From: a bacterium
GTDB lineage: Bacteria; Zhuqueibacterota; Zhuqueibacteria; Residuimicrobiales; Krinioviventaceae
Direction of reading: 5' to 3'
NCBI GenBank assembly: GCA_963693055.1
Contig: OY843751.1
Location: 224,001 to 288,000 of the forward strand
Length of the DNA stretch: 64,000 nt
The notes beneath the pieces were generated by a model that had not been told where the DNA came from, made no database searches, and saw only the letters and a list, made by a program, of their open reading frames with translations. A program made the position numbers and the translations under genes. Of this stretch, positions 11,701-20,679 are shown one piece after another (position 1 is the first letter of the stretch; each line of letters begins with the position of its first letter).

Positions 11701-11817
11701 GCTTATGAAATGAAGGGGATGATTAAAGAAGCTGTTACTGAACTGGACCGTGCATTGTTACTGGATCCCGATTATGAACCTGCCAGGAAAAAACGAGACC
11801 AGTTGAGCGGTCGTTAA
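8722..11817 (+). CDS. Fused multi-TM / spermidine-synthase-like SAM-dependent domain protein with C-terminal TPRs
   Basis: Duplicated TM block (SG..GLVYQVVW.R / SGLASLAYEILWTR, PT.LMG.T.P), VLVVGFGFGSTS SAM motif, DGREY, TPR repeats. Confidence 0.85.
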   Translation: MARNKNRREKESIQTEKRTQLVPLFWNYKIQILVLFLFLFSGISGLVYQVVWMRMLKLIFGVTAFAASTVVSAYMAGLSVGSWYFGKRADHSSSPLRLYGYLEVGVGLYALASLFIFKLLDQLYTLIYVAFSPNFAVFSIIRFVVAFIIILIPTVLMGGTLPILIKFFVNKKGHVGRLAGYLYSFNTLGAVIGAFVTGFFLIKLFGVQNTIFIAAAINILAGAGAILIGQFMLKSAKPVPESEIVEEQKITDKSEKRVFRLLLWGFGFSGLASLAYEILWTRSLLYFLGLTTYTFTTILTTFLVGIALGSFFTSRFVDKVKDHLKLFAVIEVLIGLSALAVIPLIGNMYDISNNLRMSLGYNDWWSNVGVKFLLSFLVMLVPTLLMGATFPIVVKSYNKSIKGIGENVGKIYAANTIGSIAGSFAAGFILIPFAGLRLSIAIVVMINLLVGLTVFLNHPDIKRNSRYVWSAIAILAMVLVAFNAKRDPIVLSSVEFEGSMKRYDLLHYKEGIDASIAVLEDRITGERELNINGESTAFTIYQDMQVHKLLGHLPLLIHPDPQDVLVVGFGFGSTSWASVLYPDVQVDCVELVKDEIDTAPFFEKQNHNVIDHPNYNLIIADGREYIKGTNKKYDVISFNAIHPKISPNLYTLEFYEMCKEILTDDGIIIAWLPPNAITELEYQSLINTFCHVYPHSSLWYVNPSHMLLMATMQPFEIDYERLLARLSIPEVNKDLREVNMEDPYELLSCFLIADENLYEYGEPAPINSDDLPFIEFSREMSVSVNTEVMTSLGYLKGSAWPYLYNVANPDTVQENLKRMDETKSLVSKGQVMAWMGEYDKAHEFYNQALEKSPGNRNTLYLDGLIDRRKSELEKMVQLNPRNARAHQALGEIYMDERNVQAAFQMFNKAVQLDPQYAQPHHHLGVIYYMQNRPDIALRELEQAQQLDPGYGASYFYAGMCYWKMGKLDPAFRNFKKATEVDFDFVPAHFYLAQAYEMKGMIKEAVTELDRALLLDPDYEPARKKRDQLSGR

Positions 11818-11873
11818 TGGATGGAACCCTGATGGAATATTTGCGTATTTATTTATAAACATGCAGGTGTTAT

Positions 11874-14105
11874 TTGAAAAAATATATAATTCTAGTATTG
11901 ATATTATGTACCCAGTTATGGGCGGGAATTGAAAAACTTGGACCCCAATTGGGTTTACTGACACTTTATCCACAGCGGGCTGAAGGTTTGCAGGAGCAGG
12001 GTTTGAAAAAGACCGCGTCAGGCTGGCAGGTTGAAGCCATTGTAGCGTTTGATGGCAATGTTGCGGAACTGGCCAAACTGGGCCATGTTCGCTGTGTTCA
12101 TCAACAGTGGGCTATACTCGAACTATCTGTGGACCGGTTGAATGATCTGGCATCGCTGGACAATGTTCAGTATGTGCAAATGTCTGTTGCAGACAAGCCC
12201 TTGCTGGATAAAAGCACTGCATACATTGGTGCGGTAAACGCACGTGAGCAGTTGGGTTATACCGGTAAAGGTGTTTTGATTGGTATTATTGATTCCGGTA
12301 TTGACTGGACACATCAGGATTTTATTGACGCAGAGCAGAATACCCGTATCAAATATCTATTGGATTTCAGCAAAAATGGCCCTGTATATGGAGGTACATT
12401 CTATACCGAAGATGATATCAATAATGCGCTAAAAGGGGCGGGCACAGTTGCGCAGCGGGATTATTCAGGCCATGGAACGCATGTGGCGGGTATCGCTGCC
12501 GGTGATGGAAGCGATGGTGTGGGATTTGGTAAATATTGTGGTGTAGCGCCAGAGGCCGATCTGGTCATTGTTAAAGCTACCCGTGATCAATTGAGCAGCG
12601 AGTTTTTAACTGCCGATCAAATAGTGGCCCTGCATTTTATTGACAGTCTGGCAACCTATTTGGATATGCCTTATGTTGTGAATATGAGCTTGGGTGGTCA
12701 TTGGGGTGCTCATAATGGAACTTCCAGCGTTGAGCGTGTAATAGATGGTTTGGTTGGTCCGGGCAAGCCAGGCAAAGCGGTTGTAAATGTTGCCGGTAAT
12801 GATAGGGATATGAACATTCACGGACAAGCTGTATTTAGCGCTGGTACTACCAGTAAAGAAATTACATTTAATATCTCTCCATACTCGGCAAATCTGGGTA
12901 ATGCCAATGATTTTGTGGGTCTGGATATTTGGTATGATGGTGATCAGGATGTGTCAGTAACGGTTGTTACACCAGGGGGAAGAGCAATTGGTCCAATTCG
13001 TAAAGGCGATGTTATGGAAGACCAGACGGATGACGGCACTGTATATGTTTGGAATGGTTTCTATGAACAGCAAGGTGGTTATGTGATGGGTGCTTCGCCT
13101 ATTATTGGCAGTTACGAGATCTATGTAGAAGTAAGCGACGAGAACATGACCCAGCCTCCTGCCGAGGGTGAATGGAAACTCCGTTTCAGCGGAACAGAGG
13201 GCACATTAGATGCCTGGATTGCAAATGCAACCATGTCTGTCGAATTTTTAACAGGAGCGGTAGATGATGGCAAAATATCTGTACCCGGTACTTCTAAAAA
13301 TGCAATAACCGTTGGCGCCTATGTGAGTAAGAAAAACTGGACAGATCTGGATGGGAATTATTTAACATTTGATACCACTGGCCTGGTTAAGCTTGAGGAT
13401 ATTGCCTACTTTTCCAGTCCGGGGCCAACCCGCGATGGTCGTGTTAAACCCGATTTAACAGCTCCGGGGCACATTATTGAGAGCAGTTATTCAATAGATG
13501 CGCCGCCCACCAACTATTCCAGTATTTTTTATGGATCAGATGTTGAACTGCCTAATGCATTAGTGTCGGAATCGGGTGTACAGGCTCTTTCCAGTGGTAC
13601 CAGCATGGCTGCTCCGCATGTTACCGGTGCGGTTGCGCTAATTTTCGAGAAATATAAAGATTCTACCAATGTATCTGCAACAGCAACTGTAATTAGAGAT
13701 CTTTTAACCAATTCAGCAACCGGCAGTAATTTAACCGGTAGTCTGCCCAATGCTGACTGGGGTTTTGGCAAACTCAATATTTTTACAGCACTGCAAGGTT
13801 CGTTGGGAGAGGAAGAGGATTATGATTATGTTTTAGAAACGTATCCGAATCCTTTTAAAGAAAGCGTGAATATATTATTCGAGCTTCCTGTTAAAACCAA
13901 TACCCAGCACGTAGAAATGGCGATATATAATATTCTGGGTCAACGGGTGCGAAATATTCTAGAGGCACCCAGAACCGCTGGTCCGCACCAATATGTTTGG
14001 GATGGACGAGACGATCTGGGTTATCGGCTTGCTAGTGGTGTCTATTTTCTTAAATTTAAATCCGGTGATTTTGAGAAATATCATAAAATGTTATTATTAA
14101 ATTAA
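11874..14105 (+). CDS. S8 family serine peptidase with C-terminal FlgD-Ig-like sorting domain
   Basis: IIDSGID, HGTHVAG, GTSMAAPH; SSPGPTRDGRVKPD; TYPNPF...WDGRD...SGVYF. Confidence 0.9.
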   Translation: MKKYIILVLILCTQLWAGIEKLGPQLGLLTLYPQRAEGLQEQGLKKTASGWQVEAIVAFDGNVAELAKLGHVRCVHQQWAILELSVDRLNDLASLDNVQYVQMSVADKPLLDKSTAYIGAVNAREQLGYTGKGVLIGIIDSGIDWTHQDFIDAEQNTRIKYLLDFSKNGPVYGGTFYTEDDINNALKGAGTVAQRDYSGHGTHVAGIAAGDGSDGVGFGKYCGVAPEADLVIVKATRDQLSSEFLTADQIVALHFIDSLATYLDMPYVVNMSLGGHWGAHNGTSSVERVIDGLVGPGKPGKAVVNVAGNDRDMNIHGQAVFSAGTTSKEITFNISPYSANLGNANDFVGLDIWYDGDQDVSVTVVTPGGRAIGPIRKGDVMEDQTDDGTVYVWNGFYEQQGGYVMGASPIIGSYEIYVEVSDENMTQPPAEGEWKLRFSGTEGTLDAWIANATMSVEFLTGAVDDGKISVPGTSKNAITVGAYVSKKNWTDLDGNYLTFDTTGLVKLEDIAYFSSPGPTRDGRVKPDLTAPGHIIESSYSIDAPPTNYSSIFYGSDVELPNALVSESGVQALSSGTSMAAPHVTGAVALIFEKYKDSTNVSATATVIRDLLTNSATGSNLTGSLPNADWGFGKLNIFTALQGSLGEEEDYDYVLETYPNPFKESVNILFELPVKTNTQHVEMAIYNILGQRVRNILEAPRTAGPHQYVWDGRDDLGYRLASGVYFLKFKSGDFEKYHKMLLLN

Positions 14106-14137
14106 TATTTGGGGAAATCAATAAAAAGGAGAGCGTT

Positions 14138-14581
14138 ATGGGAACTTTGTTTGAAGATATTCGTGATGGTATTCGTGACGGTATTGAACTTGTTGTGGAC
14201 AAAACAGAAGAATATGGCAAGATTGGCAAACTGCAACTAGATATTCTAACAATTAAACGTAATATAGAAAAATTATTTTCAGAGCTTGGCGGTCATACTT
14301 ATGAATTGCTGAGCAGCGATGAGAATGCAAACCTGGCTGAAGATGCTGAAGAAAAACGGCTTGTTGCAGAATTAAAAGAGCTTGAACAAAAACTGGATGA
14401 TAAAAAGAATGAGATAAAAACGGTCAAAGAAGAAAAAGAAAAAGAGAGAAAAGACCGTGGAGAAAATCGTAAAAAAGATGCTGAAACGGAAAAAGTCTCT
14501 GTTGAAGATGATAATCTGAGTTCAGGAATCGGCAATGATGACATTGAAGACGCAAATATTGTAGAAGACGATAATAAATAA
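14138..14581 (+). CDS. Hypothetical coiled-coil protein
   Basis: Strong AAGGAG RBS; charged helical sequence; followed by terminator. Confidence 0.75.
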   Translation: MGTLFEDIRDGIRDGIELVVDKTEEYGKIGKLQLDILTIKRNIEKLFSELGGHTYELLSSDENANLAEDAEEKRLVAELKELEQKLDDKKNEIKTVKEEKEKERKDRGENRKKDAETEKVSVEDDNLSSGIGNDDIEDANIVEDDNK

Positions 14582-14591
14582 ACTAGAACCT

Positions 14592-14617
14592 GGCCGTAGC
14601 AATACGGCCTTTTTTTT
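14592..14617 (+). terminator. Rho-independent terminator
   Basis: GGCCGTA-gcaa-TACGGCC followed by T8. Confidence 0.85.
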
Positions 14618-14632
14618 CGTTTTGGGGGTTAC

Positions 14633-16045
14633 ATGAAAATTACCGAACCGGCAAGGGAAGCCTTTCTATATCGTATCTGGCAGAAGAAAGATATTGAATC
14701 ACAAACAATACATACAATTAACGGTCAGGAAATTATAATACGGGAAAAGGGTGTCCGTAATTTTGATTCCGGGCCTGATTTTTTAAATGCATTAATAGAA
14801 TATCAAGGTGAAATAAAGCGGGGAGATGTGGAAATTCATCCCATAGCGGGAGACTGGTATGCGCATGGACATCATCGGGATCCGCGTTATGATCAGGTTA
14901 TTTTACATATAGTTACCATGGATTGCCCTGCAGATTTTAGAACCAAAAGTTTAAATGGAACGCATATACCTACCATAAATCTGGACTCATTGCTGGAAAC
15001 AAAAGCAGAAGACCTTGAGAAACAGCACAATTTTGATCAGGATAGTATTTCAGGGGAATGTGCACTGTCTTTATGCAGCAGTTTGCAAATTCAAAGTGTT
15101 TTAGAAAAGGCAGGCATTGCCCGATTTTTAGTTCATGCTCAACAATTTTCAGAACAAAGCATGTCAAACAGTTGGGACCAGATTTGCTATCGGTCGTTAC
15201 TTGAAGCACTGGGGTATGCTAAAAATCAGGTGGCTTTCAGGAATCTTGCAGACCATTTGCATGTTGAAATACTGTGGAAACATATTTGGCAAGATGTTCC
15301 CTCATTGGCGGTTTTGAAATGTGAGGCGTATTTAATGGGAACCGCAGGTCTGTTGCCCTCGCAATCGGTAGTGCCGGTCAATATATTTGACGCGGAAATA
15401 TTGGAATATACCAGAAAGCTTGAAACAACTTGGCAGGAATTTCCGTATCGTAAAAAGCTGTTTGTTTTAAAAGCAGAGATGTGGAAGTTTTTTAGATTAC
15501 GACCACAGAATTTTCCTACAAGAAGAATTGGTGCCGCCGCCCGGCTTGTTGTCCGGTTTCTTGAGGATGGTTTTGTTGACTCTTTTTTCAAAGTGTTGCA
15601 AAGGAATGAAAATCAATTGAAAGCGGTATATAAAGAACTTGAAGAACTCTTTGATGTTAAAGAACAAGGATTCTGGGCTGAACATTATCTGTTTGAGCCA
15701 GTTAAAAAGTCAAATGCCCATGCATTGCTGGGTAAAGACAGAATCCGTGATATTTTGGTAAATGTCATTTTCCCTGTTATGTATGCATATGCTAAAGAAG
15801 TAGATGATCATAAATCTCAAAATTTAATTTTAGAATTGTATAAAAATTACCCATGTCTTGCTGAAAACCATTTAATTCGTAACGTTAAAAAGCGTGTGTT
15901 AAAAATGCAAACCCAGCACAAATTGGTCAACAATGCATGTGTTCAACAGGGAATTATTCATCTGGGAAAGATATTTTGTGAACCACAAGCGTGCAGACAA
16001 TGCCTGGATGGAGGCGTCTCTTACCAACAATCGGCTGGAAATTGA
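14633..16045 (+). CDS. DUF2851 family protein
   Basis: GPDF.NA, G.VEIH, W.AHGHH.D..Y..VILH, W.FFRLRP.NFPT.R, C-terminal C..C..C. Confidence 0.85.
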   Translation: MKITEPAREAFLYRIWQKKDIESQTIHTINGQEIIIREKGVRNFDSGPDFLNALIEYQGEIKRGDVEIHPIAGDWYAHGHHRDPRYDQVILHIVTMDCPADFRTKSLNGTHIPTINLDSLLETKAEDLEKQHNFDQDSISGECALSLCSSLQIQSVLEKAGIARFLVHAQQFSEQSMSNSWDQICYRSLLEALGYAKNQVAFRNLADHLHVEILWKHIWQDVPSLAVLKCEAYLMGTAGLLPSQSVVPVNIFDAEILEYTRKLETTWQEFPYRKKLFVLKAEMWKFFRLRPQNFPTRRIGAAARLVVRFLEDGFVDSFFKVLQRNENQLKAVYKELEELFDVKEQGFWAEHYLFEPVKKSNAHALLGKDRIRDILVNVIFPVMYAYAKEVDDHKSQNLILELYKNYPCLAENHLIRNVKKRVLKMQTQHKLVNNACVQQGIIHLGKIFCEPQACRQCLDGGVSYQQSAGN

Positions 16046-16059
16046 ATGTATGCTTTTTG

Positions 16060-16088
16060 TTGACTTTTTGAACATTTTTTTGTAAAAT
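16060..16088 (+). promoter_or_regulatory. Putative sigma70 promoter for rsmI operon
   Basis: TTGACT-17 nt-TAAAAT upstream of AGAGGAG RBS. Confidence 0.55.
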
Positions 16089-16136
16089 GATGGTTTGAAA
16101 ATACAAGAGTTATATGGTTTTTGTTAGAGGAGTAGA

Positions 16137-16883
16137 TTTACGGACAATTCGGAAGCGGGTATAAAACCCGGAACATTATATCTCGTCAGTACGCCCATTG
16201 GAAATTTGCGTGATATAACACTACGCGCACTTGATACTTTGAAATATGTGGATGTAATAGCTGCGGAAGATACCAGACAAAGTTCCGTTCTGTTAAACCA
16301 TTATAACATTCAAACTCCCCTGACACGTTACCATGATTTTAATAAAGAAAAAGTTACACCTGTTTTGATCGAAAGGTTAACAGCCGATGAAACAGTAGCT
16401 GTAATCAGCGATGCCGGAACACCAGGTATTTCCGATCCGGCTTTTTATCTGGTGAGAGAAGCAATAAAGCGGGATATACACATAGAGTCTGTTCCCGGAG
16501 CAACTGCTCTGATTTCGTCGTTGGTGATATCAGGATTACCAACAGACAGATTCGTTTTTGAAGGTTTTCTTCCTGTGAAAAAAGGCAGGCAAACGCGATT
16601 ATTGGAGCTTAGTACCGAACCCCGAACGATATGCATATACGAATCGCCAAATAGAATCCAGCGAACCATTGCCGACCTTTACGAAGCCTTGGGAGATCGT
16701 AAAGCCGTCTTAGCGAGGGAATTGACTAAAAAGTTTGAAGAATTGATTCGCGGCAGCTTGTCTGATCTTTTGCAGCAAATGGACCAGTTAACCCTGAAAG
16801 GAGAATTTGTGATTCTTGTGGAAGGGTTTACACGGGAACATCGGCGTAACGCAAAATATAAAGGGACAAAATATGAAGTTTGA
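16137..16883 (+). CDS. rsmI: 16S rRNA (cytidine1402-2'-O)-methyltransferase; true start lies upstream of the listed TTG at 16206 and is uncertain
   Basis: GTLYLVSTPIGNLRDIT (in frame from 16170), AEDTR, SDAGTPGISDP, FEGFLP, YESP.R, RELTK..EE, KGEFV. Confidence 0.92.
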   Translation, partial: FTDNSEAGIKPGTLYLVSTPIGNLRDITLRALDTLKYVDVIAAEDTRQSSVLLNHYNIQTPLTRYHDFNKEKVTPVLIERLTADETVAVISDAGTPGISDPAFYLVREAIKRDIHIESVPGATALISSLVISGLPTDRFVFEGFLPVKKGRQTRLLELSTEPRTICIYESPNRIQRTIADLYEALGDRKAVLARELTKKFEELIRGSLSDLLQQMDQLTLKGEFVILVEGFTREHRRNAKYKGTKYEV

Positions 16884-17535
16884 GGTGATCTCTGACAATG
16901 TAAAGGAAAGATCAAGAAGCATCTTGCAGCCATTGATCGACATGCTGGTTAAGTTTAATATCAGCCCTAATGTTTATACCACTCTTTCGTTGGTTTTTTG
17001 TGGTATTTCTGGTATTTACTTTAGCAAAGGATATTTTAAAACCGGTGCATTAATCATGTTGTTGGGTGGATTGTTTGATATTTTTGATGGACAAATTGCA
17101 CGTACCAGCAACCGCGTTACAAAATTTGGGGCATTATTTGATTCAACACTTGACCGTTATGCCGAGTTTTTAATTTTTCTGGGTATTGGTGTTTATTTTG
17201 TTCACAGCTTTGTGGATGGAAACCCAATGGGCTTGCTGGTTGCTTTGACTGTTTTTGTTGCTATATTTGGTTCTCTTATGGTCAGTTATGTACGGGCAAG
17301 GGCCGAAGGATTAGGATTTGATTGCAAAGTTGGATTGCTGCAACGTCCGGAGCGAATTATTCTTGTGGGCCTGGGTGGTCTGATTTCAGAAGTAACCCTG
17401 ATTCTTGCAATGATCATAATTGCTGTTTTTGCCAATATAACCGCCATTCAAAGAGTCTATCATATCTGGTATATTGAAAACTCTCCCAAATGGAAAACCC
17501 CGGCGGCAGATGTTGAACACGATGAATTTGCATAA
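16873..17535 (+). CDS. CDP-alcohol phosphatidyltransferase (phosphatidylinositol-phosphate synthase-like)
   Basis: D..DG.IAR.......GA.FDS.LDRY signature; SYVRARAE and RPER as in PIP synthases; ATG at 16873 preferred over 16816. Confidence 0.88.
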   Translation: MKFEVISDNVKERSRSILQPLIDMLVKFNISPNVYTTLSLVFCGISGIYFSKGYFKTGALIMLLGGLFDIFDGQIARTSNRVTKFGALFDSTLDRYAEFLIFLGIGVYFVHSFVDGNPMGLLVALTVFVAIFGSLMVSYVRARAEGLGFDCKVGLLQRPERIILVGLGGLISEVTLILAMIIIAVFANITAIQRVYHIWYIENSPKWKTPAADVEHDEFA

Positions 17536-17557
17536 TTAAGGTTCTGAAATTGGTGAT

Positions 17558-17923
17558 TTGATGCAGAGAATAATGTGCAAAGCGAAAATTCATCGGGCAA
17601 GGGTGACAGATGCCGATCTCAACTATGAAGGCAGTATTACAATTGATCCGGTTCTGCTGGAAGCAGCAGACATGTTGGAATACGAAAAGGTCCAGGTTTT
17701 AAATATAAATAATGGATCAAGAGCCGAGACGTATATTATTAAAGGCGTGCGTGGCAGTGGTGAAATATGTATAAACGGTGCATTGGCACGATGGACCCAT
17801 AAAGACGATCTGGTAATTATTATTACATACGCACAACTAGAAGACGCTGAACTGGAAAATTTCAGTCCAACAATTGTGCTTGTGGATGAAAATAATAGTA
17901 TAAAAAAAATCATTAACCACTAA
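17558..17923 (+). CDS. panD: Aspartate 1-decarboxylase
   Basis: [19 protein letters not shown] (G-S self-cleavage site), NG.R.ETY, ICINGA.AR. Confidence 0.95.
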   Translation: MMQRIMCKAKIHRARVTDADLNYEGSITIDPVLLEAADMLEYEKVQVLNINNGSRAETYIIKGVRGSGEICINGALARWTHKDDLVIIITYAQLEDAELENFSPTIVLVDENNSIKKIINH

Positions 17924-17972
17924 GGTTAAATCACTAAAAGGTATACTGTAACACAGTAGAAAGGAGTTTACA

Positions 17973-19289
17973 GTGATTGAAAAGGGTGTAGATATTAAAG
18001 CTCCCCAAGGAAAATTAGGCATTCTGCTACCCGGTTTGGGCGCTGTTGGTACAACAGTGATCGCAGGTACGGAATTGGTCCGTAAAGGCCTGGCAAAACC
18101 TATTGGTTCTTTAACACAAATAGGAACCATTCGTATTGGTAAACGTACCGATGATAACACACCAATGATCAAAGATTTTGTACCTTTGACCGATCTGAAT
18201 GATATTGTATTTGGCGGATGGGATATTTTCCCAGATAATGCTTATGAATCTGCGGTAAATGCCAACGTTTTATCCAAAGAAGATTTGGAAAAGGTAAGAC
18301 CGGAACTGGAAGCGATCAAGCCCATGAAAGCTGTATTTGATCCCAAGTATGTAAAACGTCTTGATGGACCAAATAAAAAATCCGGTGCCAACAAAATGGA
18401 ACTGGCTGAACAATTGATGGATGATATGAAAAATTTCATCAAAGACAATAACCTTGACCGTTTGGTAATTGTTTGGACCGGAAGTACAGAAACATATTTG
18501 GAATATGATCCTATTTGGGAAACTATTGAAAGTTTTGAAAAAGGTCTTGTAGAAAACCACGATGCAATCTCTTCCAGCATGATTTATGCGTATGCAGCTA
18601 TTAAAATGGGAGTTCCTTATTTTAATGGTGCACCACACATGTCTCATGATATTCCTGCATTGGATGCATTGGCGAAACAGAACAAAGTGCCAATAGCTGG
18701 TAAAGATTTTAAAACTGGTCAAACTTTTATGAAAACCATTCTTGCCCCGGGAATCAAAGCCCGTATGTTGGGTGTTAAAGGCTGGTTCTCTACCAATATT
18801 TTGGGTAACCGTGATGGTGAAGTTTTGGATGAACCTCTTTCTTTCCGTTCAAAAGAAATCACCAAAAGCTCAGCGTTGGATTATATTTTTCAACCTGAAA
18901 AATACCCTGATCTGTATAAAGACCTGTATCACAAAGTCCGTATCAACTATTATCCACCAATTGGTGATAATAAAGAAGGTTGGGACAATGTTGATCTGGT
19001 TGGCTGGTTAGGTTACCCCATGCAGATTAAGATCAATTTCTTGTGCCGTGACAGTATTCTTGCTGCACCGGTTGTTCTTGATCTTGCACTGTTTATGGAC
19101 CTTGCAAGTCGGGCTGGTATGTACGGCATTCAGGAATGGTTATCATTCTATTGCAAGAGCCCCATGGTTGCAAAAGATCTCTATCCCGAACATGATACAT
19201 TCATTCAATTGATGAAATTAAAGAACACCCTTCGTCATATGAAAGGTGAAGATTTGATTACTCATTTGGGACTTGATTATTACGACTGA
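17973..19289 (+). CDS. ino1: Inositol-3-phosphate synthase (myo-inositol-1-phosphate synthase)
   Basis: GLGAVGTT, FGGWD, NGAP, GKDFKTGQT, STNILGNRDG, DNKEGWD, CRDSILAAP. Confidence 0.95.
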   Translation: MIEKGVDIKAPQGKLGILLPGLGAVGTTVIAGTELVRKGLAKPIGSLTQIGTIRIGKRTDDNTPMIKDFVPLTDLNDIVFGGWDIFPDNAYESAVNANVLSKEDLEKVRPELEAIKPMKAVFDPKYVKRLDGPNKKSGANKMELAEQLMDDMKNFIKDNNLDRLVIVWTGSTETYLEYDPIWETIESFEKGLVENHDAISSSMIYAYAAIKMGVPYFNGAPHMSHDIPALDALAKQNKVPIAGKDFKTGQTFMKTILAPGIKARMLGVKGWFSTNILGNRDGEVLDEPLSFRSKEITKSSALDYIFQPEKYPDLYKDLYHKVRINYYPPIGDNKEGWDNVDLVGWLGYPMQIKINFLCRDSILAAPVVLDLALFMDLASRAGMYGIQEWLSFYCKSPMVAKDLYPEHDTFIQLMKLKNTLRHMKGEDLITHLGLDYYD

Positions 19290-19341
19290 TAATTCTAAAA
19301 TTTGTTAATGTGCCGCTGAATAAAAAGTTGATAGGATACTC

Positions 19342-20679
19342 TTGAAAACTTCACCAATTAAAACCCTGTTAAAGACATCGTTGCCTGCTGTAATTGATCT
19401 TGCATCGCAAACCCTTATGTGGACCATTGAAGCTATCTTTATTGGTAAACTGAGTGCTGCAGCGCTTGCAGGACACAGTATGGCTATTCAGGTGATTTTG
19501 GTGTTTTTTGCGGTCATGTTAACCTTTGTTGTTGGCGCCAGTTTGATCATTAATCGTCATCTTGGCGCCAAAGATTATTATCAGGCAAACCATATTTTTG
19601 GCCAGGCCATGATGATGGGTGTCATCATGGCCTTTGCTTTTGCATTAATATGGTATTTTGGTGCTATACATATATTTAAATTTATTAAAGAGACAGGAAC
19701 GTTCTCAGCTCAAGAGGCGGGTATTACATATTTACGTACAGTATCTTATTTTGCCCCTCTTTTTGTAACTCAATTTGTAGCAATTGGAATTATTCGAGCT
19801 GTAGGAGATACCCACTATTCCATGATGGTCAATTTGAGTGTGAATGGTTTTAATCTTGTATTGTCTCCTATTCTTATCTTTGGATTGTTTGGTTTTCCGC
19901 GACTTGAAGTTCAGGGTGCTGCACTGGCTGTAGGAATTTCGCACAGTCTGGGCTTTATTGCCACTTTTATTTTATTACGAACGCGCAAGTGTCAACTGTT
20001 TTTATCATTTAGGGAAATGACAACGCCCAACTGGGAGAGTTTTAAACAGCTCTTCAAGGTGGGGTTGCCAACTACTATTGAACAAATGACCTGGGCATTG
20101 GGTCAACTTGTTGTTACCAGTTACGCCGGTAGTATTTATGTTACCGTTTTAACTACACACGCTATTTTTATGCGTATCCAATCTATTCTCTCTATGGTTT
20201 ATATGGGTTTTTCTCTTGCTGCCATGAGCATGATGGGTAAAAATTTAGGTGCATCTGATAATGCGCTTGCTGAAAAAATGGCAAAAACTGCACATTGGGT
20301 GATGGCAATTTTTGTTGTTTTTATCGGTTTGGTAATGGTCTCTTTCTCCAAGCATATGATTCTCATTTTTACAACTGATCCGGCTACTGTAGCTTTGGGA
20401 CAAAAAGCGATGATTGTTTTTGCGCTGGCCCAACTTCCCAAGGCAATGAATAATGTTTTGGCAGGAAATATGCGGGGTATTGGTGAATTGCAGTGGTTAA
20501 TGTGGACCACATTAATATTTGTAATCGTTTTTGAAATTGGTATCAATTACTGGGTAGCATTTGGTTTAGGTTGGAGTATTTATGGGCTTTGGGGTGTCCA
20601 ATTTACAGATGAAACTATTCGGTTTTGTATGAGTTATATACGTTTTCATCGGGGTAGCTGGAGGGTCAAGGCATCTTGA
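19342..20679 (+). CDS. MATE family efflux transporter
   Basis: About 12 TM segments; IGKLS..ALA, RAVGDT, NLVL.PILIFG.FGFP.L.V.GAA.A, G.NLGA. Confidence 0.88.
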   Translation: MKTSPIKTLLKTSLPAVIDLASQTLMWTIEAIFIGKLSAAALAGHSMAIQVILVFFAVMLTFVVGASLIINRHLGAKDYYQANHIFGQAMMMGVIMAFAFALIWYFGAIHIFKFIKETGTFSAQEAGITYLRTVSYFAPLFVTQFVAIGIIRAVGDTHYSMMVNLSVNGFNLVLSPILIFGLFGFPRLEVQGAALAVGISHSLGFIATFILLRTRKCQLFLSFREMTTPNWESFKQLFKVGLPTTIEQMTWALGQLVVTSYAGSIYVTVLTTHAIFMRIQSILSMVYMGFSLAAMSMMGKNLGASDNALAEKMAKTAHWVMAIFVVFIGLVMVSFSKHMILIFTTDPATVALGQKAMIVFALAQLPKAMNNVLAGNMRGIGELQWLMWTTLIFVIVFEIGINYWVAFGLGWSIYGLWGVQFTDETIRFCMSYIRFHRGSWRVKAS

